From Pyrinomonadaceae bacterium (GTDB taxonomy: Bacteria; Acidobacteriota; Blastocatellia; Pyrinomonadales; Pyrinomonadaceae), in the NCBI GenBank assembly GCA_035275045.1, contig DATENN010000308.1:1-34420 (forward strand): a stretch of DNA of 34,420 bases, in the 5' to 3' direction. A program made the translations under genes and the position numbers. Numbering within the stretch: position 1 is the first letter of the stretch; each line of letters begins with the position of its first letter. The notes under the pieces are model-generated. The model saw only the letters and a list, made by a program, of their open reading frames with translations. It was not told the origin of the DNA and ran no database searches. Positions 9,088 to 19,861 of this stretch are shown here, piece by piece.

Positions 9088-9166
9088 TTCAAAACTTATT
9101 CGAGTTGACGATCATAGTGTCGTCAAGAGCAGCGTTGGCTAATCAGTCCCAAAAAATCTGCGCAGA

Positions 9167-10378
9167 TCAAATTCCGGAATGGAGTTTACGGAGGCGCTCA
9201 GCAGCCAGATTCAACGTCTCATCTTTTTTACAGAAGCAGAATCTAACTTGTTGCGATCCCAATTCCCGCCGGCTGTAAAAGCTTGAGCCCGGCACGCAGG
9301 CGACGCCAACGTCGCGAATCAGATGCCTGGTGAACTCAACGTCGTTCGCGAAACCAAAAGCCGAGATGTCGGTCATGATGTAGTAAGCGCCGTCCGGCTG
9401 AAACACTTTGAAGCCGGCACGCTCGAGCGATGGCAGCAGCAGATCGCGGCGCGCTCGATATTCAGCTTGCAATCGATCGTAATATTCGGGTCGCAACGAC
9501 AGCGCATAAGCCCCCGCGCTTTGTAGCGGCGCGGCGGCGCCTACCGTTAAGAAATCGTGCACCTTACGCGTCGCGCTGGTGATTTCGGGTGAAGCTATGC
9601 AATAACCCACGCGCCAACCGGTTACCGAATAAGTTTTCGACATCGAGTTGACGATCACAGTTCGTTCGCGCATGCCCGGCAATTGCGCCATTGAGATGTG
9701 CGCAATCTCGGCGCCTTCGCGTGGATAAATAATGTGTTCGTAGATTTCGTCGGTGAAGCACAGCACATCGAATTCCTGGCAAAGTCCGCCGATGAATTCC
9801 ATCTCATCGCGCGTGAAAACTTTTCCGGTCGGATTGTTGGGATTGCAGAGAATGATTGCGCGCGTCTTTGAATTGAAGACTGAACGCAACTCATCGCGAT
9901 CGAAATTCCAGTCTGGGCCGCGCAATGGGACATAACGAGGCGTCGCATCGGACAGAATTGCGTCCGGCGCATAGTTCTCATAGAACGGTTCAAAGATCAC
10001 AACTTCTTCGCCCGGGTCGACCGTTGCCATCATCGCCACAATCATTCCTTCGGTAGAGCCACACGTGACGGTGATTTCTGTTTCCGGATCGATGTCGAGT
10101 CCCAAATACCATTTTGTCTTCCGCGCGATCGCTTCGCGAAAATCACGCGCTCCCCACGTGATCGCATACTGGTTGATGTCGTCGGCGATCGCCTGCATGG
10201 CAACGCGCTTGATGTCTTCCGGCGCGGCGAAGTCGGGAAAGCCTTGCGAAAGATTGACCGCGCCATGCTTCAGCGCTTCGCGGGTCATCTCGCGAATTAC
10301 GGATTCAGTGAAGAGACTCGCCTTTTTTGAGACTCGGGTTGATTTTGATGATGCAGGAGTAGTCATAAACTGTTTCAT
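9167..10378 (-). CDS. PLP-dependent aminotransferase, class I/II (KAT / YbdL-like)
   Basis: It carries [18 protein letters not shown] and the PLP-lysine motif [15 protein letters not shown]. Its start overlaps the hutU stop (ATGA). Confidence 0.85.
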   Translation of the reverse strand: MKQFMTTPASSKSTRVSKKASLFTESVIREMTREALKHGAVNLSQGFPDFAAPEDIKRVAMQAIADDINQYAITWGARDFREAIARKTKWYLGLDIDPETEITVTCGSTEGMIVAMMATVDPGEEVVIFEPFYENYAPDAILSDATPRYVPLRGPDWNFDRDELRSVFNSKTRAIILCNPNNPTGKVFTRDEMEFIGGLCQEFDVLCFTDEIYEHIIYPREGAEIAHISMAQLPGMRERTVIVNSMSKTYSVTGWRVGYCIASPEITSATRKVHDFLTVGAAAPLQSAGAYALSLRPEYYDRLQAEYRARRDLLLPSLERAGFKVFQPDGAYYIMTDISAFGFANDVEFTRHLIRDVGVACVPGSSFYSRRELGSQQVRFCFCKKDETLNLAAERLRKLHSGI

Positions 10379-12048
10379 TCTCCGCCGCGATTAGCACGCG
10401 ACTCGAGCATTGGCACATTCACACTTTTTTTGATCGCCGTTCGCTCAGCCTCTTCATAACCGGCATCCACATGGCGCGCAACGCCGAGACCGGGATCGTT
10501 TGTCAACACACGGTTGAGACGCTTTGACGCTTCATCGGATCCGTCCGCAACGGAAACCTGGCCGGCGTGTAAGGAGTAACCGATTCCGACGCCGCCGCCG
10601 TGATGGAACGACACCCAACTGGCGCCACTCGCGGTGTTCAGCAACGCGTTGAGGATGGGCCAATCAGCGACTGCATCCGATCCGTCTTTCATTCCTTCAG
10701 TTTCGCGATAGGGTGAAGCAACCGATCCGGTATCGAGATGATCCCGGCCGATCGCGATGGGCGCTTTCAATTCGCCTCGCTTCACCAAATCATTGATTGC
10801 TTCGCCCATCTCGGCACGTTCGCCAAAGCCGAGCCAACAGATGCGCGCGGGCAATCCCTGAAACTGAACCCGATCGCGGGCCAACCTCAGCCAACGATTC
10901 AACGTGCGATCGTCAGGAAAGAGTTCCAGCGCCAGATCGTCGGTCTTTTGAATGTCGCTTTTGTCGCCAGACAATGCGACCCAGCGAAAAGGCCCCTTGC
11001 CTTCACAGAACAGCGGTCGAATGTATTCGGGAACAAAACCGGGAATCTCAAAAGCGTTGGCGCATCCCGCATCGAATGCCATCTTGCGGATGTTGTTCCC
11101 GTAATCAAACGCAATCGCACCCGCGCGTTTCAAAGCGAGCATTGCCTCAACGTGCTCGGCCATCGATAACATCGAACGATTGATGTAACCGCGCGGATCC
11201 GTGAGTCGTAACTCAGCCGCTTCTTCCAAAGATAATCCTGACGGCACATAGCCATTCAATGGATCGTGCGCGCTGGTCTGGTCCGTTACTGCATCGACTT
11301 TGACTCCTCGAGCAACGACCTCGGGAAGTATTTCAGCGCAGTTTCCTACCAGGCCAATCGAGAGTGCTTGTTTTTGTTCGCGCGCGTCTTCAACAATGTC
11401 GAGCGCTTCATTAAGGTTCGTCGCCATCCGATCGCAATAACCGTTGAGCACGCGTCGCTCGATGCGCGCCGCATCGACATCAACGCCCAGAAAGACCGCG
11501 CCATTCAAGGTCGCGGCCAGCGGTTGCGCGCCACCCATGCCACCCATCCCGCCTGACAATAAGAGCTTACCTGCGAGATCGCCGCCGAAATGCCGGTCGG
11601 CCATCGCCGCAAACGTCTCGAACGTGCCCTGTACGATGCCCTGCGTGCCGATGTAGATCCAACTACCTGCGGTCATCTGGCCATACATCATTAGGCCTTT
11701 GCGCTCGAGCTCGTGGAAATGCTCCCAGTTGGCCCATGCCCCCACCAAATTTGAATTTGCAATCAGAACCCGCGGCGCATAGTCATGGGTTCGAAACACC
11801 GCGACAGGTTTGCCCGACTGGATCAAAAGTGTTTCGTCATTTTCGAGTTGCTGTAACTCGCGCACAATCGCGTCAAACGATTGCCAGTTGCGCGCGGCTT
11901 TTCCTGCGCCGCCGTACACGATCAGATCGTCGGGTTTTTCTGCGACGTCCGGATCGAGATTATTCATTAAACAGCGCAACGCGGCTTCCTGATGCCAGCT
12001 CTTGCAATTCAGTTGATTGCCCCGCGGCGCGCGAATCGTTCTTGTCAT
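10375..12048 (-). CDS. hutU: urocanate hydratase
   Basis: 557 aa with the canonical HutU N-terminus ([33 protein letters not shown]), [13 protein letters not shown] and [17 protein letters not shown]. Confidence 0.95.
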   Translation of the reverse strand: MTRTIRAPRGNQLNCKSWHQEAALRCLMNNLDPDVAEKPDDLIVYGGAGKAARNWQSFDAIVRELQQLENDETLLIQSGKPVAVFRTHDYAPRVLIANSNLVGAWANWEHFHELERKGLMMYGQMTAGSWIYIGTQGIVQGTFETFAAMADRHFGGDLAGKLLLSGGMGGMGGAQPLAATLNGAVFLGVDVDAARIERRVLNGYCDRMATNLNEALDIVEDAREQKQALSIGLVGNCAEILPEVVARGVKVDAVTDQTSAHDPLNGYVPSGLSLEEAAELRLTDPRGYINRSMLSMAEHVEAMLALKRAGAIAFDYGNNIRKMAFDAGCANAFEIPGFVPEYIRPLFCEGKGPFRWVALSGDKSDIQKTDDLALELFPDDRTLNRWLRLARDRVQFQGLPARICWLGFGERAEMGEAINDLVKRGELKAPIAIGRDHLDTGSVASPYRETEGMKDGSDAVADWPILNALLNTASGASWVSFHHGGGVGIGYSLHAGQVSVADGSDEASKRLNRVLTNDPGLGVARHVDAGYEEAERTAIKKSVNVPMLESRANRGGE

Positions 12049-13562
12049 AAATCCTGACTACCTGGCCTCGCGAATTCACCATCCCGAATTGAATCACAAA
12101 GCTGTCGTATCTCGGCTGACATAGAACGATCAGCATCAAGCGGATCGACATGACGACGCACGATTTCGTACGCCGCTTGGACCCCTTGCCCCGCTGCGAG
12201 TGGTTTGCGATGCTCCAAACCTTCGGCCGCACATATCAATTCAATGGCGATCGCTTGCTCGCACAAATCAACCACCGCGCGCAATTTTGTGGCTGCGGTC
12301 ATGCCCATCGAAACGTGATCTTCTTTTCCGCCGTCGGTGGGAACATTGTCGGCGCTGGCCGGATGGCACTGGATTTTTGCTTCCGCCAACAACGCAGCAG
12401 CAGTCACCTGAAGCATCATGAATCCGGATGCAATGCCAGCATGCTTTGTCAGAAAGGGCGGCAAATCCTCGTTTGAATCCGGATTGAGGAGACGATCGAT
12501 TCGCCGCTCCGCGATGCTGATCAGATCCGTCAGCGCAATAGCTGCGTAATCGAAGGCCATCCCAAGTGGCGCCCCATGAAAGTTTCCACCGGACAACACG
12601 TCTTCGTTATCGGCGAAAACTAACGGATTGTCCGTCGCGCTTCCCGTTTCAATTTCCAAAATCGAACGCGCGAAATTGAGAGTGCTGCGTACGGCGCCAT
12701 GAACCTGTGGCATGCAGCGCAGGCTGTACGCGTCTTGAACTCGCGGATCATTTTGCACATGCGATTCGCGAATTTCACTTCCCTCAAGTAAGTCGCGCAG
12801 ATGTTTTGCCACTTCGATTTGACCGGCATGCGGTCGCGCGTTGTGAATCCGCTCGTCGAAAGCGACGGGAGTTCCGCGTAACGCTTCCAGTGACATAGCG
12901 CCCGCCACGTCGGCAAGCTGGGCCAATTGGTTAGCCCGATACAATGCGAGCCCCCCGACGGCGCCCATCGCCTGCGTGCCGTTTAATAAGGCGAGGCCTT
13001 CCTTAACTTCCAATTGCAATGGATCGATTCCGGCGAGTTTTAAAGCGGCTGCGCTGTCGCGGCGTCCGCCGTCATAAAACGCTTCGCCTTCACCAATCGC
13101 GCACAACGCCAGATGGGCCAGCGGCGCCAAATCTCCACTCGCGCCGACAGATCCCCTTTCCGGAATCACGGGCGTGACGCCTCGTTCAAGCATCGCGATC
13201 AAGATGTCAGCCGCGACTGGTCGCGCGCCGCTAAGTCCGCATGCAAGTACATTTGCTCGCAACAAGAGCATTGCTCGCGCTTCCGGGATCGACAGCGGGT
13301 TACCCAGACCGCAAGAGTGACTACGCACCAAATTTAGCTGTAGCGCGCGCAACTCGTTGGGTTCAATGCGAACATCGGATAACTTGCCGAAACCGGTGTT
13401 GATGCCATAGACGGTGCGGTTCTCCTGAACGATCTTCTCAACGATCCGCCGCGACTGTGCCATGCGTTGGCGCGCCGCGGCTGCTAGCGAAACGTGTTCG
13501 CGACCGTGCGCTACGGCGGCAATTTGCTCAAGCGTCAGACTTTGTCCGTTGAGTTCAAGCAC
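12045..13562 (-). CDS. hutH: histidine ammonia-lyase
   Basis: 505 aa with the MIO-forming motif [14 protein letters not shown] plus YGINTGFG. It has a GTG start, and its stop overlaps the hutU start (ATGA). Confidence 0.95.
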   Translation of the reverse strand: MLELNGQSLTLEQIAAVAHGREHVSLAAAARQRMAQSRRIVEKIVQENRTVYGINTGFGKLSDVRIEPNELRALQLNLVRSHSCGLGNPLSIPEARAMLLLRANVLACGLSGARPVAADILIAMLERGVTPVIPERGSVGASGDLAPLAHLALCAIGEGEAFYDGGRRDSAAALKLAGIDPLQLEVKEGLALLNGTQAMGAVGGLALYRANQLAQLADVAGAMSLEALRGTPVAFDERIHNARPHAGQIEVAKHLRDLLEGSEIRESHVQNDPRVQDAYSLRCMPQVHGAVRSTLNFARSILEIETGSATDNPLVFADNEDVLSGGNFHGAPLGMAFDYAAIALTDLISIAERRIDRLLNPDSNEDLPPFLTKHAGIASGFMMLQVTAAALLAEAKIQCHPASADNVPTDGGKEDHVSMGMTAATKLRAVVDLCEQAIAIELICAAEGLEHRKPLAAGQGVQAAYEIVRRHVDPLDADRSMSAEIRQLCDSIRDGEFARPGSQDL

Positions 13563-13584
13563 AAGAAATTTAGGCGAGCGAGAG

Positions 13585-13750
13585 CATAGAATTCAGGAAA
13601 CGGAATACAGAAGTCAGGAGGCAGAATTCAGAAGTCAGAATTAGAATTCAGAATTATTCAGAATACGAAGACTGTAGCGCCTGATTGTAAAAACGGCTCC
13701 GAACGGATCGGATTTCTGACCGCGGATCGCTGACTTCTGACTTCTGCTTT
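13585..13750. repeat. asymmetric inverted array of heptad repeats (locus B)
   Basis: The long arm (13588..13672) is built of cagaagt/cagaatt/caggagg units and includes several GAATTC sites. The short opposing arm (13710..13748) reads ttctgac..cgctgac ttctgac ttctgc. It lies between the DUF2270 stop and the hutH start. Confidence 0.75.
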
Positions 13751-14650
13751 TCAAATCCGCTTGTATTCACCCGTCGAAGCGCCGCCGCGAACGCGTTGTC
13801 GCGCGCGTCGCGCTCGGACCGTGGTGCGAGCAGCGCCGGTAGTCCAACGTGTCATTGTGCGCAAAGGCCGCAACGAGAATTGATGCTGTGGCAGAACTTC
13901 GCCGGTCGCCTCGCGCAAACGCAAGGTGCCGATCGCAAAGATCGCAATAGCCGCGTTGAAAAAGACGCCTACTACAAACACCAGCCAACCCGGTACGACG
14001 CCGACAGTGGCCCGATCGATAAAAGTATTGAAGTCGTGCGCGGGCACCGGGTGCAAATAGACTTTGAGGTTCCAGCTCAGTGCCAACAGCACAAAAATCC
14101 AAAGATAATTTCGCCGCAGCCGGCGGCCGACCGCTTCCCACTCGGTGATGGTGAAATGCGGCGTCACCAGGTCCGAAGCAAGATGTTGCGCCCACGACTC
14201 ATCAAGATTAACGCCATCCGGCGACAGCAACTGCGCGAAATATCCAGTTTCGATAATGCGCACGCGGCTGGACCATATCTCGTAGTAGCGATAGCGCCGC
14301 GCTTCCATCAGCAGAAATATCGCCACTAAAACTGAGTTGATAGGAATTACAAAATGCGGGTTGGTAGATGAGCTGAATACAAACGACAGCGTGGCACCCG
14401 CTGTAAGCACCGCCCAATTCGTAGTCGTATCCAACCGATTGCGCCAGGTATTCGAACGCTGCACCTCGCCGCGATAAAAATGAATCATCGCGGTATTAAA
14501 TTCCGCCGCCGACATGCGGCGCATTTGGGCCGCCGGCGTATGGACCAGGCGTTCGGGCGCGGATGCTTCAGGTGACAGCGCAGGACGCAAGCGATGCATG
14601 CGCTCGTTAGAAAGCGAACCGCTTCCCTTTTGCTGGATGTCCGTGGTCAT
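13751..14650 (-). CDS. DUF2270-like integral membrane protein
   Basis: HFYRGEVQRSNTWRNRLDTTTNWAVLTAGATLSF and MEARRYRYYEIWSSRVRIIE match my recollection of the DUF2270 family. The protein is multi-TM. The internal ATG at 14648..14650 is preferred, and the track ORF runs to 14710. It has an Arg-rich C-terminal tail. Confidence 0.65.
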   Translation of the reverse strand: MTTDIQQKGSGSLSNERMHRLRPALSPEASAPERLVHTPAAQMRRMSAAEFNTAMIHFYRGEVQRSNTWRNRLDTTTNWAVLTAGATLSFVFSSSTNPHFVIPINSVLVAIFLLMEARRYRYYEIWSSRVRIIETGYFAQLLSPDGVNLDESWAQHLASDLVTPHFTITEWEAVGRRLRRNYLWIFVLLALSWNLKVYLHPVPAHDFNTFIDRATVGVVPGWLVFVVGVFFNAAIAIFAIGTLRLREATGEVLPQHQFSLRPLRTMTRWTTGAARTTVRARRARQRVRGGASTGEYKRI

Positions 14651-14803
14651 GAATGACGGGACCGGAGATGATAATGCGGAGAGTTTCCGAATCCAAAAGT
14701 AATATAACACGCAGGCTTTGACGCTCGAAGTTAATAGCGATGCGCCATTCTGATTAACGAGTGCGGCGCTTTTTGTAATTATTAATGCTGAATAATGAGT
14801 CCC

Positions 14804-14833
14804 TTGACAGTGTTTGACAGCGACACCTATAGT
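14804..14833 (+). promoter_or_regulatory. candidate sigma-70 promoter for tadA
   Basis: TTGACA (14804..14809), an 18-nt spacer, then TATAGT (14828..14833), about 35 nt upstream of the tadA ATG. Confidence 0.4.
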
Positions 14834-14868
14834 TCAATTTTCCGCTGTTTGACGTCAATTGTTCTGTT

Positions 14869-15381
14869 ATGACTGCGCTAGCGCAAAGCGAAACTGACAC
14901 GCACTGGATGCGCCAGGCCCTGAGCGCGGCGCGCGAAGCGCAACAGCGCGGCGAAGTGCCAATCGGCACTTGTATCGTGAGTCGAGACGCGCAGTTGATT
15001 GCTGTCGCCGGCAACCGCACGCGTACCGATAACGATCCAACCGGACACTCTGAAATTATTGCATTGCGCGCGGCGGCAAGAGCGATTGGCAACTATCGCC
15101 TGGTTAGCGCAACTGTTTATTCTACGATCGAGCCGTGTGCGATGTGCGCGGGTGCTCTGATTCAAGCGCGCGTGCAACGCCTGGTCTACGGAGCTCCCGA
15201 TGAACGCGCCGGCGCAGTCAAGTCCCGCTTTCGGGTTTGCGATACAGATTTTTTGAATCATCGCATCGATGTTTCAACAGGCGTTCTGGAAGAAGAGTGC
15301 CGCGCCCTCGTGCAGGACTTTTTTCGCAGCCGGCGGGATGAAACAACGGCTGAGCAAGCAAGGCTGAGCAATGAGGGCTGA
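14869..15381 (+). CDS. tadA: tRNA adenosine(34) deaminase
   Basis: It carries the CDA-fold zinc motifs HSEIIALR and PCAMCAGAL, and the size and order are typical of TadA. The last ~12 codons lie in a GCTGAG-type repeat. Confidence 0.9.
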   Translation: MTALAQSETDTHWMRQALSAAREAQQRGEVPIGTCIVSRDAQLIAVAGNRTRTDNDPTGHSEIIALRAAARAIGNYRLVSATVYSTIEPCAMCAGALIQARVQRLVYGAPDERAGAVKSRFRVCDTDFLNHRIDVSTGVLEEECRALVQDFFRSRRDETTAEQARLSNEG

Positions 15382-15426
15382 GTGGATTAGGGATTTAAGA
15401 ATAAACTTTTTCTCATTGCTCAGCAC
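15345..15426. repeat. GGCTGAG-repeat hairpin spanning the tadA stop (locus I)
   Basis: ggctgag occurs three times (15346..15385). gctgagcaatgag (15363..15375) and ctcattgctcagc (15412..15424) are exact reverse complements (13 bp). The loop contains the tadA stop codon, and the hairpin ends 10 nt before tRNA-Ser. Confidence 0.75.
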
Positions 15427-15434
15427 TAATTATC

Positions 15435-15524
<90 letters not shown>

Positions 15525-15530
15525 TTAAAT

Positions 15531-15606
15531 GCAGATGTCAGAGATCAGATATCAGAGGCCAGCAAAGACGGTTTCTGATCTCTGACATCTGACATCTGAC
15601 ATCTGT
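15531..15606. repeat. heptad-repeat hairpin between the two tRNA-Ser genes (locus C)
   Basis: cagatgtcagagatcaga (15532..15549) is the exact reverse complement of tctgatctctgacatctg (15574..15591), an 18-bp perfect stem. The right arm continues as a tctgaca run of 3 units. Confidence 0.9.
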
Positions 15607-15611
15607 TGTTC

Positions 15612-15701
15612 GGAGAGGTGCAGGAGTGGTTGAACTGGCAGCACTGGAAATGCTGTGAACGGGAAACCGTTCCGTGGGTTCGAATCCCACCCTCTCCGCC
15701 A
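15612..15701 (+). tRNA. tRNA-Ser (anticodon GGA)
   Basis: It has the same acceptor and T-arm as the first tRNA-Ser. The anticodon stem is cagca/tgctg with loop cuGGAaa. It has a long variable arm and an encoded CCA. Confidence 0.93.
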
Positions 15702-15713
15702 CTAACGACGGAG

Positions 15714-15778
15714 CTCAGAGGTCAGATGTCCAGAGGTCAGCAAGACGTTCCGGTCTCTGATATCTGACATGTTTTTTT
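15714..15778 (+). terminator. heptad-repeat hairpin followed by a T7 run (locus D); likely intrinsic terminator of the tadA-tRNA unit
   Basis: ctcagaggtcagatgtccagaggtcagc faces ggtctctgatatctgacatg (imperfect complement) and is followed directly by ttttttt (15772..15778). Confidence 0.6.
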
Positions 15779-15807
15779 CGGATTGCGGATGACACCAAAA
15801 ATAATTA

Positions 15808-16323
15808 ATGACGAACCAGATCACGAAAACTATTAGTCTGCTCTTCTTAATCGGATCATTAACTGGAGTTGTACTCGCCCAGTCGCACGCGAAGGTCAGT
15901 CGCGCCCGCGCTGCTGCCATCTGCGGCAACCCAAAAATTGCCTGCCGCACGAGTGTCACGTTTGAACCTCATGATTTGCCCTTTCGCGTTCCGGCAAACG
16001 CCGTGATTCTCGATACTGACCCGTTTTACGTGATTATTCTGAAGAGCGTCACCGCCACTGACGATCAATGCGACGTCTTCGTTCCAGAGGAGGAACGACT
16101 GAGCACTCAACTGCTTTTCCCAGCGCACAAAGTTTTCACGTCACGCTGCGCCGAACCGGGCGAATTGTTCTATACCAACATCAAAGATAATCAACGCATA
16201 ATGGCCGTGTACGCAGGCAGCACCATGGCGGACGCCAAAAGCATGCTCGCCGCAGTAAAGCTGACCGGCAAATTTCCCGGCGCAAACATTCGACGAATAC
16301 GTACTGGCTTCAACGGAACCTAA
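15808..16323 (+). CDS. hypothetical secreted protein
   Basis: 171-aa ORF with a signal peptide (ISLLFLIGSLTGVVLAQSHA). I recognise no family. Confidence 0.55.
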   Translation: MTNQITKTISLLFLIGSLTGVVLAQSHAKVSRARAAAICGNPKIACRTSVTFEPHDLPFRVPANAVILDTDPFYVIILKSVTATDDQCDVFVPEEERLSTQLLFPAHKVFTSRCAEPGELFYTNIKDNQRIMAVYAGSTMADAKSMLAAVKLTGKFPGANIRRIRTGFNGT

Positions 16324-16354
16324 CCACCAGAATCCGAGAGGACCAACTAAGTTT

Positions 16355-17959
16355 ATGAAACAGCGCGTTATCGTGTTATTCGTGATCTGCCTGCTGGCTT
16401 ATCCTCTTTCCGCTCAAACGCCAACAACAGCCGACGACTATTACAAGCTGGGCAACGATAGATCTAAAGCTCAGGACCTTGATGCAGCGATTAGCGCGTA
16501 TACAAAAGCAATAGAATTAAATCCGGTCTTCGCAGATGCGTTTATCAGTCGAGGCGTCGCCCGCAGCAGAAAAGGTGATCTTGCGGGCGCCATTTCTGAT
16601 TACGAAAGAGTCATGAGCTTTGCGCCCAGCGAGGTTTTTCCTTATATCAATCGCGGCGGCATAAGGCGTATTCAAGGAGATCTGGACGGAGCACTTGCCG
16701 ACTTTACGAAGTCGATAGAAATAAGCCCTCGACCCATAGCCTACAACGGCCGCGGCCTTATTATGCTGTCAAAGAAGAACGCGGACGCCGCGATCGTCGA
16801 GTTTACAAAGGCTATAGAGATCCTTCCGACATACAGTGAAGCTTACTCCAATCGTGGAGAAGCGAAAGCCATGAAACAGGATCTCGATGCAGCTATGGCC
16901 GACTATGTGAAAGCGATCGAACTCGATCCAAAGAATAAGCGCGCGCATTTTTATCGCGGTCGAATTAACGACGCGAAAGGTGATTTTGACAGCGCCATTC
17001 GTGACTACACCACATATATAGAGCTAGCACCCGCAGAATCCATCGGTTATTTCCGGCGCGGCTTCACGCGTGCTAGCAAAAAAGACACTGATGGCGCCAT
17101 CGCCGATTACAGCAAAGCTATTGCGATCGATCCTCGTGACGCCTTAGCCTATTACAACCGTGGCCTGAGTGAGGAACAGAAGGGAGATTTTGAGGGCGCC
17201 ATCAGCGATTACAGCAAACGCATCGAGCTGCAACCCGAGGAATCGAGCGGCTATTTTCGGCGCGGCTTTGTGCGCGCCAACAAAAAAGACGCCGATGGCG
17301 CCATCGCCGATTTCACCAAAGTAATTGCGATCGATCCGCGTTACGCTGAAGCCTATTACAACCGTGGTCTCAGAATGGAAGAGAAAGGTGATTTTGACAG
17401 CGCCATCAGCGATTACACCAAATATATCGAGCTTCAACCTGAGGACTTTAAAGGTTACGTCCGGCGCGCCTTGGCGCGCTCCAAGAAGAAGGTCGACCTT
17501 GATGCAGCGATTGCAGATTACACCAAAGCTATTGAGGTCAAGCCGAGTTACACACTGACGTACTTCTACCGCGCCCGAGCGCGAGAAGCCAAAGCGGATT
17601 TCGAGGGAGCCGTTGCGGACTATACAAAATACATTGAGATGGAGCCGGCCGATGGCGACGGGCTCAACGGTCTTGCCTGGTTGCTGGCAACTTCAGCCAG
17701 GGATTCAGTGCGCGATGGCGCAAAAGCCGTCGAGTATGCGCGCAAGGCGGCTGAACTGACGAAATGGCAAGATGGCAACACCATCGATACTTTGGCTGCG
17801 GCTTATGCGGAAAGCGGTAATTTCGAGGAAGCCGTTAAGTGGGAAACCAAAGCATTATCCTTTCCGGATTTTGTGAAGGACTCTGGTGATGAAGCACGAA
17901 AGCGGCTTGAGCTTTTCAAAATTCACAAGGCTTATCATGAGCCCCCTCCCGTAAAATGA
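16355..17959 (+). CDS. secreted tetratricopeptide-repeat protein
   Basis: It has a signal peptide followed by about 12 consecutive 34-aa units of the type A..DY.KAIE..P....AY..RG......D...AI. A GAGAGGA SD precedes the ATG. Confidence 0.85.
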   Translation: MKQRVIVLFVICLLAYPLSAQTPTTADDYYKLGNDRSKAQDLDAAISAYTKAIELNPVFADAFISRGVARSRKGDLAGAISDYERVMSFAPSEVFPYINRGGIRRIQGDLDGALADFTKSIEISPRPIAYNGRGLIMLSKKNADAAIVEFTKAIEILPTYSEAYSNRGEAKAMKQDLDAAMADYVKAIELDPKNKRAHFYRGRINDAKGDFDSAIRDYTTYIELAPAESIGYFRRGFTRASKKDTDGAIADYSKAIAIDPRDALAYYNRGLSEEQKGDFEGAISDYSKRIELQPEESSGYFRRGFVRANKKDADGAIADFTKVIAIDPRYAEAYYNRGLRMEEKGDFDSAISDYTKYIELQPEDFKGYVRRALARSKKKVDLDAAIADYTKAIEVKPSYTLTYFYRARAREAKADFEGAVADYTKYIEMEPADGDGLNGLAWLLATSARDSVRDGAKAVEYARKAAELTKWQDGNTIDTLAAAYAESGNFEEAVKWETKALSFPDFVKDSGDEARKRLELFKIHKAYHEPPPVK

Positions 17960-18014
17960 AGTCGGGTAATCCTTGACGCCGGGTAAAGTATGAGCGTTGA
18001 CAAGGACAATTAAT

Positions 18015-18530
18015 ATGGACGACAAACTAGCAGCAGATGAAGCGCGACGTTCGGTGCAGCATGAAGCCGTAAAGGCTCATGTTGAGGGTGAGGTGGAGTC
18101 CGAGATTGCGAGCCAGGCACAGGCGCCCGTTGCAGGTGAGCCGGAGAAAATTCGAGACGTTGCCGGAGAGTTTCGCGCGAAGGCAGTCGATGAAGTAGTT
18201 CAGACCGAGCGTGAAGTCGAGCGCGGGCGCGGCGCTGCTCGTGTCTCGCAAATCATCGATTACATTTTTTATTTGCTCTACGCGCTTTTGGGAATGCGTT
18301 TCCTGCTGGCTTTGCTTGCCGCCCGCAGCACTGCCGGATTTGTTCAATTCATCGTCGCCATTACAAATCCTTTCTATGCTCCGTTCAGAGGGATTGTCGC
18401 CAGTCCCAGCACCGATCAGGGACACACCTTACTGTTACCAATCATAGTTGCGATAATCGCGTACATAATTTTGCATTTGGCTATCAATGGTTTGCTCCGC
18501 ATGATCGCGCACCGCAAGACACAGATATAG
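18015..18530 (+). CDS. YggT-family membrane protein with an acidic N-terminal extension
   Basis: The C-terminal half (IIDYIFYLLYALLGMRFLLALL...FVQFIVAITNPFYAPFRGIV...LLPIIVAIIAYIIL) fits the YggT pattern. The ATG at 18015 is preceded by AAGGA. The track start at 17997 is a TTG. Confidence 0.6.
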   Translation: MDDKLAADEARRSVQHEAVKAHVEGEVESEIASQAQAPVAGEPEKIRDVAGEFRAKAVDEVVQTEREVERGRGAARVSQIIDYIFYLLYALLGMRFLLALLAARSTAGFVQFIVAITNPFYAPFRGIVASPSTDQGHTLLLPIIVAIIAYIILHLAINGLLRMIAHRKTQI

Positions 18531-18654
18531 ATCTATCGCTGAGAATCACCGGCAAAAAAGAACATCGATTTGCTGGCAAGACACTTCATTCGCTGCTAAA
18601 GTTTCCGCAACGCGATCTCTGTATCAAATCTTCTAACTGATCGAACACAACCTT

Positions 18655-19644
18655 ATGAAGCAAACCCGCTGGCTACTGCCACTCATTTTTCTTTGCGCCC
18701 TCGGCTCGGTGCAGGCACAGGGGCCCACAACCGCTCTTGAATACAACAATCGGGGTGTCGACCGCGAAAAAGCCGGCGATATCGCCGGGGCATTCGCAGA
18801 TTATTCCAAGGCAATCGAAATTGACGCGCGTTATTCTCTGGCCTACGAGAACCGCGGAAACATTTATTACAACAAGCGTGAGTGGGACGCCGCGCTGGCC
18901 GATTACAACAAAGCGGCGGAGCTTTCGAATCGCGCGTCGGCTCACTATGGTCGCGGGAACGCGCTGGACGAGAAGGGCCTAACCGATGAGGCACTCGCGG
19001 CTTACAGCAAAGCCCTTGAGATTGATCCAAATTATGTAATGGCGCTGAACAACCGGGCGTATATAAGGTTGAAAAGAAAAGAGTACGATGAAGCTATCGC
19101 TGATTCCACCCGCGCCCTGGCACTGGATGGACGGCATGCTAATTCTTATACAAACCGGGCACTCGCGCGCGAACACAAAAGAGATCTGGACGGCGCAATC
19201 AGCGACTATACCAAAGCACTTGAAATCAACCCGAATGCCACTCGTTTTCAGGATCGCGGCCGTATTCGATTTGCAAAGGGCGATATCGAAGCTGGTCTGG
19301 CCGACTACAACAAGGCCTTGGAACTTGCTCCAGATAACGTTCAACTGTTGAATTCTTTGGCCTGGTTATTGGCGACGTCGTATCGCGATAACGTGCGCAA
19401 CGGAGCGAGAGCGGTCGAATTAGCAAGCAAAGCTGCGGCACTTACGAAATGGCAGGACGGAAATGTTCTCGATACATTGGCGGCGGCGTACGCCGAGGCT
19501 GGTAATTTTGAAGAAGCAATCAAGTGGGAAAACAAAGCCCTGACGTTCCCCGATTTCAGCAAGGGTTCCGGCGATCAAGCGCGTCTTCAGCTGCAACTTT
19601 TTACAGATAAAAAGCCCTATCACGGGTCGGCCCCGCAACAGTGA
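18655..19644 (+). CDS. secreted tetratricopeptide-repeat protein (paralog of 16355..17959)
   Basis: It has a signal peptide and TPR units. The C-terminal ~95 aa are about 70% identical by eye to the C-terminus of the 534-aa TPR protein ([54 protein letters not shown]). Confidence 0.85.
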   Translation: MKQTRWLLPLIFLCALGSVQAQGPTTALEYNNRGVDREKAGDIAGAFADYSKAIEIDARYSLAYENRGNIYYNKREWDAALADYNKAAELSNRASAHYGRGNALDEKGLTDEALAAYSKALEIDPNYVMALNNRAYIRLKRKEYDEAIADSTRALALDGRHANSYTNRALAREHKRDLDGAISDYTKALEINPNATRFQDRGRIRFAKGDIEAGLADYNKALELAPDNVQLLNSLAWLLATSYRDNVRNGARAVELASKAAALTKWQDGNVLDTLAAAYAEAGNFEEAIKWENKALTFPDFSKGSGDQARLQLQLFTDKKPYHGSAPQQ

Positions 19645-19750
19645 GATGGGTTTGACGATCACGCGCGTCTTTGTAGGCACTTGACTCGTTCTTCACTGTT
19701 TGACAATCGGCATTCAGCAATAAAGAATCGAAGCGTTTGACAACTTATCA

Positions 19751-19850
19751 GACTTCGGGCTCCGCACAACGTAGTGCCGGTGAACCCCGCCAGGCCGGGA
19801 ACGGAGCAACGGTAGCCAGGCGCGCGTGTGTTGCGGGTAAGTCCGGAGTC
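19751..19850 (+). ncRNA. ffs: signal recognition particle RNA (small bacterial SRP / 4.5S type)
   Basis: It contains the conserved domain IV sequence GUGAACCCCGCCAGGCCGGGAACGGAGCAACGGUAGCC with a GGAA tetraloop. The 5' end gacuucgggcuccgcacaacg pairs with the 3' end cguguguugcggguaaguccggaguc. It lies immediately upstream of dnaX, a known conserved synteny. The ends are approximate (+/- 10 nt). Confidence 0.85.
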
Positions 19851-19861
19851 TGGCCACATCG

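Noticed and set aside
9151-9169. Terminator at the end of the aminotransferase gene (minus strand tgatctgcgcagatttttt).
   Set aside because: The U-run is good, but the stem is only about 4 bp around a GCGC loop. That is too weak to annotate.
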